This document shows, piece by piece, positions 52,837 through 63,576 of a stretch of 64,000 bases of DNA. Made by a program: the position numbers and the translations under genes. The stretch's first letter is position 1, and every line of letters starts with the position of its first letter. Source of the DNA: Spirochaetota bacterium (GTDB taxonomy: Bacteria > Spirochaetota > UBA4802 > UBA5550). Where the stretch lies: assembly GCA_963664815.2 (NCBI GenBank), contig CAXXHB010000002.1, positions 288,001-352,000 of the forward strand, given 5' to 3'. Below the pieces are notes generated by a model that saw only the letters and a program-made list of their open reading frames with translations, made no database searches and was not told the origin of the DNA.

Positions 52837-54711
52837 TTATACTTTTTTCAATCCAAAGTTGTATGGGAATCTTATCGTTTCAAGACCTATAGCGCTATAG
52901 AAATTCTGCATATCCTTTTCATTCGTGAATGCAATATATTCCGGGTTATCCCTGTATGCTGTTACAAGAAAATCTTTTATCTTCCCGTAAATATTATCTT
53001 CAATTAAAAGTGGAATATCATTAAAATTATTTTTAATAATCTGTGTGACAGTCTCCTGCCTAACATTAAATACAGGAACAATAAATTTATACAAGTCTAT
53101 TGCTTCCATATATTTCTCCATTTTATCAAAAACCTGGTACATATGAAAAATCGATCCTGCAGCGAAAGAATTAAAAACATTCTGTCTTCTGTAGAAATTA
53201 TCATTTTCATTCGTTTTAACTGTATCTGTAATCATTTTTTCATTTATAATTGAATTGGAAATAAATATAACATTAAATAATCTTGAATCATCGGCTTCTT
53301 TAATAAAATGTTTCATTTCATTATAAAAGATATTTATATCAGAAATCGTTATATGCAGGTCTGTGACAATAGTATCTACTTCATCTTTAATTTTATCAAT
53401 CGGCCAGCGATCATCTCCATTAAATATCAATCCCCTGGTGAAAAGAGTATTTTCACTTACAGTAAAATCCGGCAGATAAAAAACAACCGGGGTCATTCCT
53501 GATTTTTCTTCTATGTATGAAGAAATCTTTTTAATCTGTTCTGATTTGAAATTCCATCCCTCTATAAAATAATATGGTGGTTTCTGCTGAAACTTTACTC
53601 CATTCTTCACTGCCATCTCCCTGATCTCTGTTCCGGGAAGAATCATAAGCGGATAAAGTTCTATAAAATCACCCAATCCTCTTTCACATAAAACATCAAC
53701 GGTCTTTAAAAAGCTCTTTTCATCATCACCGGGAAGACCAGGTATAATTCCTATTTTCAGATCAATCCCGGCATCAACCAGGTTTTCCATTCCTCTCAAT
53801 TCCTTCTCCGGTTCACTCTCCCTGTTTATATTTCCCAGAGCCCTCTTATTCATAGATTGCAGCCCAACCTCAAGGCTGTGGAATCCAGCAGCAAACATCA
53901 GATCTGCAATTTCCGGAGTTATCCTGTCAGTCCGTATTTCAGTATGAAGTTTTACATTATGATTAAGGCTTTTTAATTCTTTAAGTTTCTGGATAAAATC
54001 CTGCGATCGATCAAATGTGGGGCTTAGAATGTATATTTCTTTTATATTTTTCTTTGTCTTAATAATTTCAGTAAGAATATTAAATGAAAGCTGCCTTATT
54101 TTATGCTGATTTTTTGAATAAAAACAATAACTGCATTTATACGGACACCCTCTTGTCATTTCAATAAAGACAGACCCATCAATTTGTGTATCAAGCTGAT
54201 CAGCAGTAACCGGCTCAACAATAGAATCAGTACTGACCAGCTCGCTGCTTTTCTGAATCGCAACTGAGTTACCGTTTATTTCAATATAATTTATCTCTTT
54301 TCCAGATAAAAATGATTCAAAAAACCACTCCCCTTCACCGGAAATGAAAATATCAATTTCCGGAAAATAATCTGACAGAGATATACTTCCTTCAGAAATT
54401 TCCGGTCCTCCGAAAAGAATTAAAACTGAATCCAGTCTTTTTCTGATAATTCCTGATAAACGCAGATTTCTTTCAACATTCCATAAATATGAAGTAAAAC
54501 ATATTACATCAGGAGATTCGGCTGCAACATATTTTATAATTATATCATCTGAACAGAAATCAGATATTACTGATGGAAGCATCCGGCATGTAATATCGCT
54601 GTAATTCTTTTTTATAAAAGATGAAATTACTGCCGGTGCATAGTTAATATTTCCGTTTACATATCCATATGCGTGATCGATAAGTGGTAATTGAATAAAT
54701 AGTATTTTCAT
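52837..54711 (-). CDS. B12-binding radical SAM protein
   Basis: YLWN..GGPE..GEGE cobalamin-binding domain; RGCPYKCSYC; EVGLQS. Confidence 0.9.
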   Translation of the reverse strand: MKILFIQLPLIDHAYGYVNGNINYAPAVISSFIKKNYSDITCRMLPSVISDFCSDDIIIKYVAAESPDVICFTSYLWNVERNLRLSGIIRKRLDSVLILFGGPEISEGSISLSDYFPEIDIFISGEGEWFFESFLSGKEINYIEINGNSVAIQKSSELVSTDSIVEPVTADQLDTQIDGSVFIEMTRGCPYKCSYCFYSKNQHKIRQLSFNILTEIIKTKKNIKEIYILSPTFDRSQDFIQKLKELKSLNHNVKLHTEIRTDRITPEIADLMFAAGFHSLEVGLQSMNKRALGNINRESEPEKELRGMENLVDAGIDLKIGIIPGLPGDDEKSFLKTVDVLCERGLGDFIELYPLMILPGTEIREMAVKNGVKFQQKPPYYFIEGWNFKSEQIKKISSYIEEKSGMTPVVFYLPDFTVSENTLFTRGLIFNGDDRWPIDKIKDEVDTIVTDLHITISDINIFYNEMKHFIKEADDSRLFNVIFISNSIINEKMITDTVKTNENDNFYRRQNVFNSFAAGSIFHMYQVFDKMEKYMEAIDLYKFIVPVFNVRQETVTQIIKNNFNDIPLLIEDNIYGKIKDFLVTAYRDNPEYIAFTNEKDMQNFYSAIGLETIRFPYNFGLKKV

Positions 54712-54790
54712 AATTTCCCAAAAACAGTGTTGTAATTATTTATTAAATTTTATATAATTGAACAAAATAATAAATGCGCTATAATAAACA

Positions 54791-55939
54791 ATGATAAAAA
54801 AAGATAATAATAGAAAGTATAATTTACTCTGCATTGATGACAGTAAACTGAACAGAGTTTTTATTAATAAAACACTCTCACCTCTTAACATCAATTTTTT
54901 TGAAGCTGAAAACGGTATTAAAGGATTAGAAATGTTACCTTTAAGAGATTATGATCTTATTCTCCTTGATATAGTCATGCCTGAAATGGATGGTTTTGGT
55001 TTTTTAAAAGAATTTCATAAAAGAGACAGAAAAGAATTTATTCCGGTAATACTTATGACCGGTCTGGATGATCTTAATTCCAAGATAAAAGGGCTGAATA
55101 TCGGTGCTGATGATTATCTGGTAAAACCTTTAAATGAAGAAGAATTGATAGCTCGGGTTTTTTCTTTACTCAGGCTGAAAAAAGCAAATTCTGAACTTTA
55201 CCAGAAAAATCAATTAATTAAGAGAGAACTTGAAGCAGCAAAAAAAATTCAGCAATATATCATCCCTGATAATTTTGAATTTATAGATCATCCTCAAATA
55301 AGTGGTATTTATCTTCCTATTGAAGACATCGGTGGTGATTTTTTTGATTGTTATAAATTTGATGAAGATAAATCAGCTTTTCTTATAGCTGATGTAACCG
55401 GCCATGGAATACCCGCTGCGCTTACTATGACTATGGCTAAAATGCTCTTCAGTATATATGCAGAAAAATTTGTAAATACTTCTGATCTTATGAGGGAAAT
55501 AAATAAACAATTAAGAGGAACTCTTCTTGATATGCAGTATATCACAGCTTTTTATCTGATATATGAAAACTCTACTAAAACTTTAACTTATTCCAATGCA
55601 GGCCATACACGCCCATTATACTTTAAATCTGCTAAAAACCAGGTGATAGCCCTTGATTCTTTTGGATGGTTTATAGGAATATCAGATGATACTGAATATG
55701 AAGAAAAGAAAATGACTGTTATGAGCGGTGACAGGCTTTTTTTATATACTGACGGGATTACCGAAGCCAAGAATAACGACGGAGAAGAGTTCGGAGAAAT
55801 GAGACTGGCAAAATTTATAAAAAACAATTCGGATCTTCATGGCAAGGATTTCTGCAATTCACTTCTCGATACATTTAACAGATATATCGATGGAGCTGTA
55901 ATAAATGATGATATAGCATTCCTGAACATTGAATTTTAA
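54791..55939 (+). CDS. Response regulator with PP2C/SpoIIE phosphatase domain
   Basis: LLDIVMPEMDG; GGDFFD, ADVTGHG, NAGH, YTDG and DDI motifs. Confidence 0.93.
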   Translation: MIKKDNNRKYNLLCIDDSKLNRVFINKTLSPLNINFFEAENGIKGLEMLPLRDYDLILLDIVMPEMDGFGFLKEFHKRDRKEFIPVILMTGLDDLNSKIKGLNIGADDYLVKPLNEEELIARVFSLLRLKKANSELYQKNQLIKRELEAAKKIQQYIIPDNFEFIDHPQISGIYLPIEDIGGDFFDCYKFDEDKSAFLIADVTGHGIPAALTMTMAKMLFSIYAEKFVNTSDLMREINKQLRGTLLDMQYITAFYLIYENSTKTLTYSNAGHTRPLYFKSAKNQVIALDSFGWFIGISDDTEYEEKKMTVMSGDRLFLYTDGITEAKNNDGEEFGEMRLAKFIKNNSDLHGKDFCNSLLDTFNRYIDGAVINDDIAFLNIEF

Positions 55940-55986
55940 TAAGCTTTCCTCTTTCTTCAGATCCGTTTATTTTTTTCATTCAATAA

Positions 55987-56334
55987 TCATAATTTAATAT
56001 TTTCATTTTCATCTGATTCAATCTCATCCTGATCAGGTAATCCTTCAGAATAATCAGCTTTATTTTTTGGAGCAGGCTGATCAGGAACATTTCCTGAATT
56101 TTTATCTCTTATGTAGGCTTCAAGTTTATCAATTCCCTCTTTCAACTCAGAAAACTCTGATATATTTAACGCTACTCCCTTTTGAGTCGGTTTATAAATA
56201 TCATTTCCATCCATATCCCGTCCGGCAACATACCATATTCTCAGGTTTATTAATTCCTTCCCCTTAAATTCAGAGACTTCAATTCTTATAATTTCATTAT
56301 TATTTCTTTGAATATCTTTTATCAATACAGCCAT
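55987..56334 (-). CDS. PC4/YdbC-family ssDNA-binding protein
   Basis: SEFKGKELINLRIWY...KPTQKGVAL; CAGGAG RBS before MAVLIK; acidic tail. Confidence 0.85.
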   Translation of the reverse strand: MAVLIKDIQRNNNEIIRIEVSEFKGKELINLRIWYVAGRDMDGNDIYKPTQKGVALNISEFSELKEGIDKLEAYIRDKNSGNVPDQPAPKNKADYSEGLPDQDEIESDENENIKL

Positions 56335-56683
56335 ATCAATCTCCTGATGGATTACAATAAAAAGCAAAATTATTATATAATATCCGGTGGTCAATTACAT
56401 CTATTAAAATAACTGATTCCAATCAGTATTTTTTTATTTTTAAAGCAATATAAATTTAAATATCTGCAATCAAAAATTATCGCTAAAATTATATAATATA
56501 TCATTTAACCTTTTTATTTTGTTATTATTTTTAATTTTAATAATATTATATTGATTTGATAATGAAATATTTTAGAATGTCTTTTTATTATTATAAACAA
56601 AATATTTCCGGATCATCTGTATAATACTTATCACTTTCTGACAGCTCCGGAAAATATAACATCTGTTTCATCAAAGGTATTAA

Positions 56684-57385
56684 ATGGAAAAAAAAATTCT
56701 CATTTCAGTCATTTCATATAATAATCTTGAATTTATAAAAAAAGCTATTCTTGAAATACAGAATTTTGAGAAAATAGATCTTTTAATTATTGATGATGGT
56801 TCAGATTATGAAATAATTGAAGCAATTAAAGAGTATAAATTTGTAAAAAGTATTATTCATGAAGAAACCTTGGGATATGGAGCCTGTCTTGCCACGGCAT
56901 TTAACTTTGCCCGTGACCTGGAATATAATTACCTGATTACATTAAATCCTGAAGAGAAAGGTTTTATTAAAGATATTCCCAATATTATTAATAATCTTGA
57001 TTACGATTATGATATAGTAACATGCAGTCGGATTCTTGAAAATTATAATAATAATGAATTTGATAACGATACATTAAGCTTTTTTAATGATCTTGCTGAT
57101 TATCTTAATAATGTTACCGAGCTTGACTTAACAGATCCTTTAACAGAGAATAAAGGTTATAATATTGAGTCAACAAAAGATGTTGATCTCACAGCAGAAG
57201 ATCATGGTGTATTATTACAACTTTTTATTCAAGGTGTATATTTTGGATATAACATAATAGAAATTCCTTCAGAATCAGGTTCATCATTTGGCAAAGAACT
57301 GATTTTATATGAGAATCCTCTTGAATCTTTCCTTGCAACAATTGAAACGGAAAGATATTTATACGGCAAAGGTTCAATAAACTGA
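56684..57385 (+). CDS. GT2-fold glycosyltransferase-like protein
   Basis: ISYN, IIDDGSD, LGYGACL, CSR and LTDP motifs; the DxD position reads LNPE. Confidence 0.75.
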   Translation: MEKKILISVISYNNLEFIKKAILEIQNFEKIDLLIIDDGSDYEIIEAIKEYKFVKSIIHEETLGYGACLATAFNFARDLEYNYLITLNPEEKGFIKDIPNIINNLDYDYDIVTCSRILENYNNNEFDNDTLSFFNDLADYLNNVTELDLTDPLTENKGYNIESTKDVDLTAEDHGVLLQLFIQGVYFGYNIIEIPSESGSSFGKELILYENPLESFLATIETERYLYGKGSIN

Positions 57386-57478
57386 TTCTGTAATCTGACT
57401 TGAGCCTGTTTCATTTTTTATATTGACAAATTGATTTTATGAAACTAAATATATAAAATTTATAACTGCGAAGAAAAA

Positions 57479-59185
57479 ATGACAAAACCTGTTATAGTGC
57501 AGAGTGATAATACACTCCTCGTTGAAGTAGACAATCCGGTATTCGATGAAGCCCGAAATTCCATTTCTCAGTTTTCTGAACTTGAAAAAAGTCCTGAGCA
57601 CATTCACACATACAGAATAACACCCTTATCTCTCTGGAATGCAGCTGCTGCAGGTCTTCGGGTTAAAGATATAATTTCCTATCTGGAACATTACTCCAAA
57701 TATGAAATTCCTGACACTGTCTACACAACAATTAACGAGCAGATGAAACGATATGGTCTTCTTAAACTGATTAAGGTTAATGATAATCTTGTTCTATCAT
57801 CCACTGATCCGGTATTGATTAATGAAATTCTTTACAATAAAAAGTTTCAGAATTATATCCATGAGAGAATTGATCTTAACAATATCAATGTTAAAAAAAT
57901 CTTTCGTGGTCATATAAAACAGGCATTGATAAAAATTGGTTTTCCGGTTGAAGATCTCGCCGGATATGATGAAGGAGATCCATGTGAAATCAATATACGC
58001 CCATTAGTAGAAGAAGGTCAGGGACTTGCTTTCAGGGACTATCAGTCTGATTCAATAAATGCATTTTATAAAGGCGGCGGTCCTGAAGGAGGTAGTGGAG
58101 TTGTCGTTCTGCCATGCGGCGCCGGTAAAACAATAATAGGGATTGGAGCGATGGTTACTATTAAATCAGAAACGCTGATACTCGTTACCAATACTATTGC
58201 ATTGAGACAATGGAAAGATGAACTTTTAAACAAAACATTACTTCCTGAAGATATGATCGGAGAATATTCCGGAGATAAAAAAGAAATAAGACCTGTCACT
58301 ATTGCAACATACAATATATTAACATACAGAAAAAATAAAAAGGAAGGTTTTCTTCATTTCGATCTTTTTAATTCCAAAAATTGGGGCCTTATTATTTACG
58401 ATGAAGTACATCTGTTACCCGCACCTGTTTTCAGAATGACATCTGAAATACAGAGTAAAAGAAGACTTGGCCTTACTGCAACATTAATCCGTGAAGATGG
58501 TCTTGAATCAGATGTCTTCAGTCTTATCGGGCCAAAAAAGTATGACATGCCGTGGAAAATTCTTGAAAAATCAAAATGGATTGCCACAGCTTTATGCACA
58601 GAGGTTCGCATTGAGCTCCCTGAAGAAAAAAGAGTTCAGTATTCTATCTCAAAAGACAGAGAAAAATTCAGACTTGCATCGGAAAATCCCAGAAAAATTG
58701 ATTTCGTAAAACAGATACTTGATCATCATATCGATTCAAACATTTTAATTATCGGGCAATATATATCCCAACTCGAAGAATATAAAAATATTCTTGGCTT
58801 CCCGATGATTACTGGAAGCACACCTCTTTCTGAGCGTGAAGAACTTTATAAGAAATTCAGAAATGGCGAAATAAAGTATCTTATCGTTTCAAAGGTTGCA
58901 AATTTTTCAATAGATCTCCCCGATGCAAACGTTGCTATTCAGATTTCAGGGACATTCGGATCGAGACAGGAAGAAGCTCAAAGGTTAGGCCGCGTTTTAA
59001 GACCTAAAAAAAACGACAATTTTGCATACTTTTATACTATTATTACATCCAATTCTGTAGAAGAAAAATTTGCACACAACAGACAGTTATTCCTTACTGA
59101 ACAGGGCTATACATATTCAATCATGAATGAAGATATGTTTAAGAAAAAATTTGAAGATTCAAGTATAGTTAAAGTTCTTAAATAA
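57479..59185 (+). CDS. Bacterial XPB/Rad25-like DNA helicase
   Basis: ELEKSPEHIHTYRIT.LSLWNA, LPCGAGKT, DEVH, LGLTAT and GSRQEEAQRLGR motifs. Confidence 0.95.
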   Translation: MTKPVIVQSDNTLLVEVDNPVFDEARNSISQFSELEKSPEHIHTYRITPLSLWNAAAAGLRVKDIISYLEHYSKYEIPDTVYTTINEQMKRYGLLKLIKVNDNLVLSSTDPVLINEILYNKKFQNYIHERIDLNNINVKKIFRGHIKQALIKIGFPVEDLAGYDEGDPCEINIRPLVEEGQGLAFRDYQSDSINAFYKGGGPEGGSGVVVLPCGAGKTIIGIGAMVTIKSETLILVTNTIALRQWKDELLNKTLLPEDMIGEYSGDKKEIRPVTIATYNILTYRKNKKEGFLHFDLFNSKNWGLIIYDEVHLLPAPVFRMTSEIQSKRRLGLTATLIREDGLESDVFSLIGPKKYDMPWKILEKSKWIATALCTEVRIELPEEKRVQYSISKDREKFRLASENPRKIDFVKQILDHHIDSNILIIGQYISQLEEYKNILGFPMITGSTPLSEREELYKKFRNGEIKYLIVSKVANFSIDLPDANVAIQISGTFGSRQEEAQRLGRVLRPKKNDNFAYFYTIITSNSVEEKFAHNRQLFLTEQGYTYSIMNEDMFKKKFEDSSIVKVLK

Positions 59186-59687
59186 AATCTCTTTAAAATA
59201 TATTTTAACAGAATAAACCCCTGATCAACCCCAAAATGCGCTATATTCATTATTCATACCTGAGATTATCCCTTTAAAATTGTTAAAGAATAATTTTTCT
59301 CCATTTTCCGGTTTTCCACTTTTATATTTTTATAAAACATTTTGTACAAAAAAGTAATAGATAAATATAAAATGGAAATTTTAATTGATTTTTTAATAAT
59401 AGCTAAGTTATCATCTATTATATTATACTCTTCTGTTTTTTATTGTCTCAGTTCATTTTGTCGTTTCTGGAGAATTATTTAATTATTTTAAAAATGGAGA
59501 AATAAAAGCTTTATAGATAAATTAAAATTCATATTATGTATTCATGTACTTATTCTCTGTTTTTGCCTGGATATTAAATAATTTAATGCATTAAAAATAA
59601 ATCTATTTAGCTGTTATATATTGTGGAATACAAATGATAATTAAATTGTCCATATTCCACTTTTGAGAAAGGAAGAATATAATTTAA

Positions 59688-60044
59688 ATGAATTCATTTA
59701 ACTTAAAATGGAAAATAGAAAAAAACTTCCCTGTAATATTTCTTGATGGCGATATAACTTCAGAAGCTGATCAGTTATTGGAAGAAGCCTATTTTGAAAT
59801 CAAAAATCAGATTAAGGAGAAAATATTTATATTCGATTTCTCAAATTCAAGTTATATCAATTCATCCGGTATCTCTTCTTTTATTAAAATTATACATATG
59901 CATAAAGAAGAAGATGGTGATTTCATTTTTACCGGTTTATCTGAACATCTAAAAAAAGTAATGGATATAGTCGGATTGACAGATTATGTAAAAATTTATG
60001 ATTCGATAGATATAGCTATTCAAAAAAGCAGAGATGTAATGTAA
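59688..60044 (+). CDS. STAS-domain anti-sigma-factor antagonist
   Basis: LDGDI, YINSSGI and DIVGL motifs. Confidence 0.88.
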   Translation: MNSFNLKWKIEKNFPVIFLDGDITSEADQLLEEAYFEIKNQIKEKIFIFDFSNSSYINSSGISSFIKIIHMHKEEDGDFIFTGLSEHLKKVMDIVGLTDYVKIYDSIDIAIQKSRDVM

Positions 60045-60058
60045 ATGGAGGTACAGGA

Positions 60059-61648
60059 ATGGCTGCTAAAACTAAAAACACAGAATGTATACTTTCAATA
60101 GATTCAGGAACTCAATCCATCAGAATCGCTCTTATTGATTTTAAAGGCAACTTTCTTAAAATATGTAAAACGGAAATTGAGCCTTATTTCTCAGTAAGCC
60201 CCGGCCGTGCAGAGCAGCATCCTGAATATTTCTGGAAGATATTATCATCTACATGTAAAAAGCTGCTCAATGATTCTCCTGTGACTGAACAATCAATTAA
60301 AGGTGTTTCATTAACTACCCAGCGCAATACAATGATAAATTTAGATAAAAATGGAACACCTCTCAGACCGGCAATTCAATGGCTGGATAGAAGAAAAGCT
60401 GAAAAAATGGAGTGGCCGCCATTTTATTTGAAAGCTCCATTAAAAGCTATAAACTTGTATGATGTAGTTATATATTCAATGATGGAATGTGAAGCAAACT
60501 GGATATCACAAAATCAGCCGGAGATATGGGATAAAACTCATAAATTTCTTTTTCTTTCAGGATACTTAAATTATATGTTAACCGGAGAATTTATTGATTC
60601 AACCGGTAATCAGGTGGGATATGTTCCTTTTGATTTTAAAAGACATCAATGGGCCGATAAAAATCATTTTTACTGGAAAATGTTTCCGGCTATTAATAGA
60701 AATCATCTTCCTGAATTAGTAAAGCCATCTGAACTTTTAGGGTATATCACATCAAAAGCATCAGCAAAGACAGGTATACCTGCAGGTATACCTGTCTTTG
60801 CTGCGGCAGCTGATAAAGCATGCGAAGTTCTTGGTTCAGGTTGTTTATCTCCGGACATTGCATGTCTTAGTTTTGGAACAACAGCAACTATTGAAACAAC
60901 CAATAAAAAATATACAGAAATTATACCATTTATGCCTCCATATCCGAGTGCTGTTCCTGACTCTTATAATACTGAAGTAATGATATACAGAGGTTACTGG
61001 ATGGTAAGCTGGTTTAAAAATGAATTTGCACATAATGAAATTCAGTTGGCAAAAAAGAAAAAAATAGCACCGGAAATTATCCTTGATCAGATGGCTGGCA
61101 ATATAGCGCCCGGTTCCATGGGTCTTATGCTTCAACCATTCTGGTCTCCCGGTGTAAAAATTCCAGGACCGGAAGCAAAAGGAGCTATCATAGGATTTGG
61201 AGATGTTCATACAAAAGCTCATGTTTATAGAGCTATCCTTGAAGGATTATCCTATGCATTAAAAGAAGGTGCAGATAGAACTGAAAAAAAGAATCATGTT
61301 CCAATTAAAAAGCTTCGTATTTCAGGAGGTGGATCACAAAGTAAAACAGCTATTCAACTCACTGCAGATATATTTAACCTTGTAGCTGAACAGCCTCATA
61401 CTTTTGAAACATCTGCACTTGGAGCTGCGATAGATGCTGCGGTTGGTTTAAAAGCTTTCAACAGCTTTGAAGAAGCTGTAAAATCTATGACAAGAATCAG
61501 CAAAATCTATGAACCGGATCCTGCTAACAGTAAAATCTATAAAGATCTTTTTGAAAAAGTATATATGAAATTATATAAAAAAATGAAACCTCTATATGAA
61601 GATATAAGAAGTATAACAAATTATCCTGAAATTATCAGACACAAATAA
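60059..61648 (+). CDS. FGGY-family carbohydrate kinase
   Basis: IDSGTQS, AEQ, WLDRR, ADKAC, SFGTT, RAILEG and SGGGSQS motifs. Confidence 0.93.
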   Translation: MAAKTKNTECILSIDSGTQSIRIALIDFKGNFLKICKTEIEPYFSVSPGRAEQHPEYFWKILSSTCKKLLNDSPVTEQSIKGVSLTTQRNTMINLDKNGTPLRPAIQWLDRRKAEKMEWPPFYLKAPLKAINLYDVVIYSMMECEANWISQNQPEIWDKTHKFLFLSGYLNYMLTGEFIDSTGNQVGYVPFDFKRHQWADKNHFYWKMFPAINRNHLPELVKPSELLGYITSKASAKTGIPAGIPVFAAAADKACEVLGSGCLSPDIACLSFGTTATIETTNKKYTEIIPFMPPYPSAVPDSYNTEVMIYRGYWMVSWFKNEFAHNEIQLAKKKKIAPEIILDQMAGNIAPGSMGLMLQPFWSPGVKIPGPEAKGAIIGFGDVHTKAHVYRAILEGLSYALKEGADRTEKKNHVPIKKLRISGGGSQSKTAIQLTADIFNLVAEQPHTFETSALGAAIDAAVGLKAFNSFEEAVKSMTRISKIYEPDPANSKIYKDLFEKVYMKLYKKMKPLYEDIRSITNYPEIIRHK

Positions 61649-61669
61649 AAAAGGGGCGTTTCCGCCCCT
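61644..61669 (-). terminator. Rho-independent terminator between convergent genes
   Basis: AGGGGCG-TTTC-CGCCCCT hairpin preceded by an A-run. Confidence 0.7.
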
Positions 61670-61676
61670 GCTTATT

Positions 61677-62108
61677 TTAATTCAATATTTTACTTATCAT
61701 TTTTACAATTACATCAATATCTTCTGCCGATCCTTTATCCAGAAGTTTTTTAAATGTAACTAATTCTTTTCCATAACTGTTTTCATTTGCTATAACAAAT
61801 TTCTCACCAACACCATACAGAAGCCAGTCCAGCGATATTTTATGGCGAATTGAAATACTTCTTAAAAACTTAAATGAAGGATTTTGAGAACCGCATTCAA
61901 CTTTAGCAACATATCTTCTGTCGATACCTGCTGATTCGCCAAATTCTCTTTGAGTAATCTTTAGTTCTTTTCTGATTTCTTTTAAGCGAAGTCTGATGTT
62001 TTTAAAAAATTCAGCTTCTTTGTCATCGTCAAGTATACTTTCTGAAAGAAATTCATGCTCATTGTATCGTTCCCGATACTTGTTTTGGTTACCAATTGTT
62101 GTATTCAT
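61677..62108 (-). CDS. XRE-family HTH regulator
   Basis: RLKEIRKELKITQREFG...VECG...SLDWLLYG. Confidence 0.88.
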   Translation of the reverse strand: MNTTIGNQNKYRERYNEHEFLSESILDDDKEAEFFKNIRLRLKEIRKELKITQREFGESAGIDRRYVAKVECGSQNPSFKFLRSISIRHKISLDWLLYGVGEKFVIANENSYGKELVTFKKLLDKGSAEDIDVIVKMISKILN

Positions 62109-62343
62109 ATTCCCTCTATATTTTTTTATTTTAAAACAGAATCTATTATATATGTTTTTTTTTCAAGAAAAATACTGATAAAAACGCAAAAGAGTTTATC
62201 CTTACGCTATTTATTCATACACATTATCATTTTTTTGTATTTTTAATTTATTTATCATTAAAATCTTTTTTCATTTAAAATTATTTGAAAAAATTTACTT
62301 TACACCGTCTGAATAACCGGCACAAATTCTGTCTGGGAAAAAT

Positions 62344-63576
62344 ATGAATACTAATATACTAAGTGTAGATAAAGCTCTTGATATTGTCCTTTCTAACATT
62401 AAGGAAATAAATCATTCTGAAAAAATTGATATCTTTAACTGCTATGGACGTACTCTTTTTTATGATCTTGCAGCTGAATTTAATGTTCCTTTGAACAATA
62501 TATCAGCCATGGATGGTTATGCTGTTTGTTCTGATGATATTAAACATGCAAGGTCTGACTCTGCCGTATCTCTTAAAATAATCGGTGAAATACAGGCTGG
62601 AAATGAGTCTACCGTTGATAAACTCTGCAGCGGTAATTGTATCAGAATAATGACAGGCGCGCCTGTTCCTGAAGGTGCAGACAGCGTTGTCCCGTTTGAA
62701 GATACTGTAGAAATCATAGATAATGTTCAAATTTTTAAAAAAACCGCACAAAATGAAAATATCCGTTTTGCTGGAGAAACCTTTAAAAAAGGAGATATTG
62801 TTCTTAAAAGCGGAACAAAAATTGATTCTGCACAGATAGGTCTTATTTCTTCTTTGAACTTAAAAGATGTTTATGTTCATAAAAAACCTAAAGTTGCAAT
62901 AATCTCAAGCGGTGATGAATTAGCTGAACCAGGAGATTATATCCCCGGGAAAATTATAAATAGTAATGCTTATGTTCTTTTTTCTGAAATAATCAAATAT
63001 GGAGGTGAGCCCATTTACGGAGGAATTGTAAAAGACAGGTATGAAGATGTTAAAAATATTTTTTTAAAATTGCTTGATAATGATATAATTATTTCTTCAG
63101 GCGGAGTATCAATGGGCAGGTATGACTTCATTCCAGATGTTCTTAAAGATATTGGTATAGATATTAAAGTACATAAAGTAATGATGAAACCTGGTAAACC
63201 TGTTGTATTTGGTATCAACGGCGAAAAAGCTTTTTTCGGATTACCAGGAAATCCGGTTTCAACAATGGTGTCTTTCATGCAGTTTGTAAGACCAGCTATT
63301 TTAAAAATGAGTGGAAATAAAAAAATCAGTAAGCCTCTGCTAAAAGCAAAAATTAAAGAAGATATAAATAAAGAGAAAGGTAAAAAATATTTTATCAGAG
63401 GTTTTTTCAATATTGAAAATGGTAATTTTTACGCAAAAACAACCGGTCCTCAGGGATCTGGCATAATATCTTCAATGAGTAATTCAAATTGTCTTATTGT
63501 TATACCAGAGGAAATCGAATCAGTAAAATCGGGTGATTATGTAGATATTCAACTAATTAACCATAGTGAGATATGA
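62344..63576 (+). CDS. moeA: Molybdopterin molybdenumtransferase MoeA
   Basis: SAMDGYA, IMTGAPVP, SGDEL, SGGVSMG, KPGKP and GLPGNPVS motifs. Confidence 0.95.
   Translation: MNTNILSVDKALDIVLSNIKEINHSEKIDIFNCYGRTLFYDLAAEFNVPLNNISAMDGYAVCSDDIKHARSDSAVSLKIIGEIQAGNESTVDKLCSGNCIRIMTGAPVPEGADSVVPFEDTVEIIDNVQIFKKTAQNENIRFAGETFKKGDIVLKSGTKIDSAQIGLISSLNLKDVYVHKKPKVAIISSGDELAEPGDYIPGKIINSNAYVLFSEIIKYGGEPIYGGIVKDRYEDVKNIFLKLLDNDIIISSGGVSMGRYDFIPDVLKDIGIDIKVHKVMMKPGKPVVFGINGEKAFFGLPGNPVSTMVSFMQFVRPAILKMSGNKKISKPLLKAKIKEDINKEKGKKYFIRGFFNIENGNFYAKTTGPQGSGIISSMSNSNCLIVIPEEIESVKSGDYVDIQLINHSEI

Noticed and set aside
59186-59687. 500-bp AT-rich intergenic region as an origin or ncRNA
   Set aside because: No DnaA boxes, repeats or convincing structure visible.
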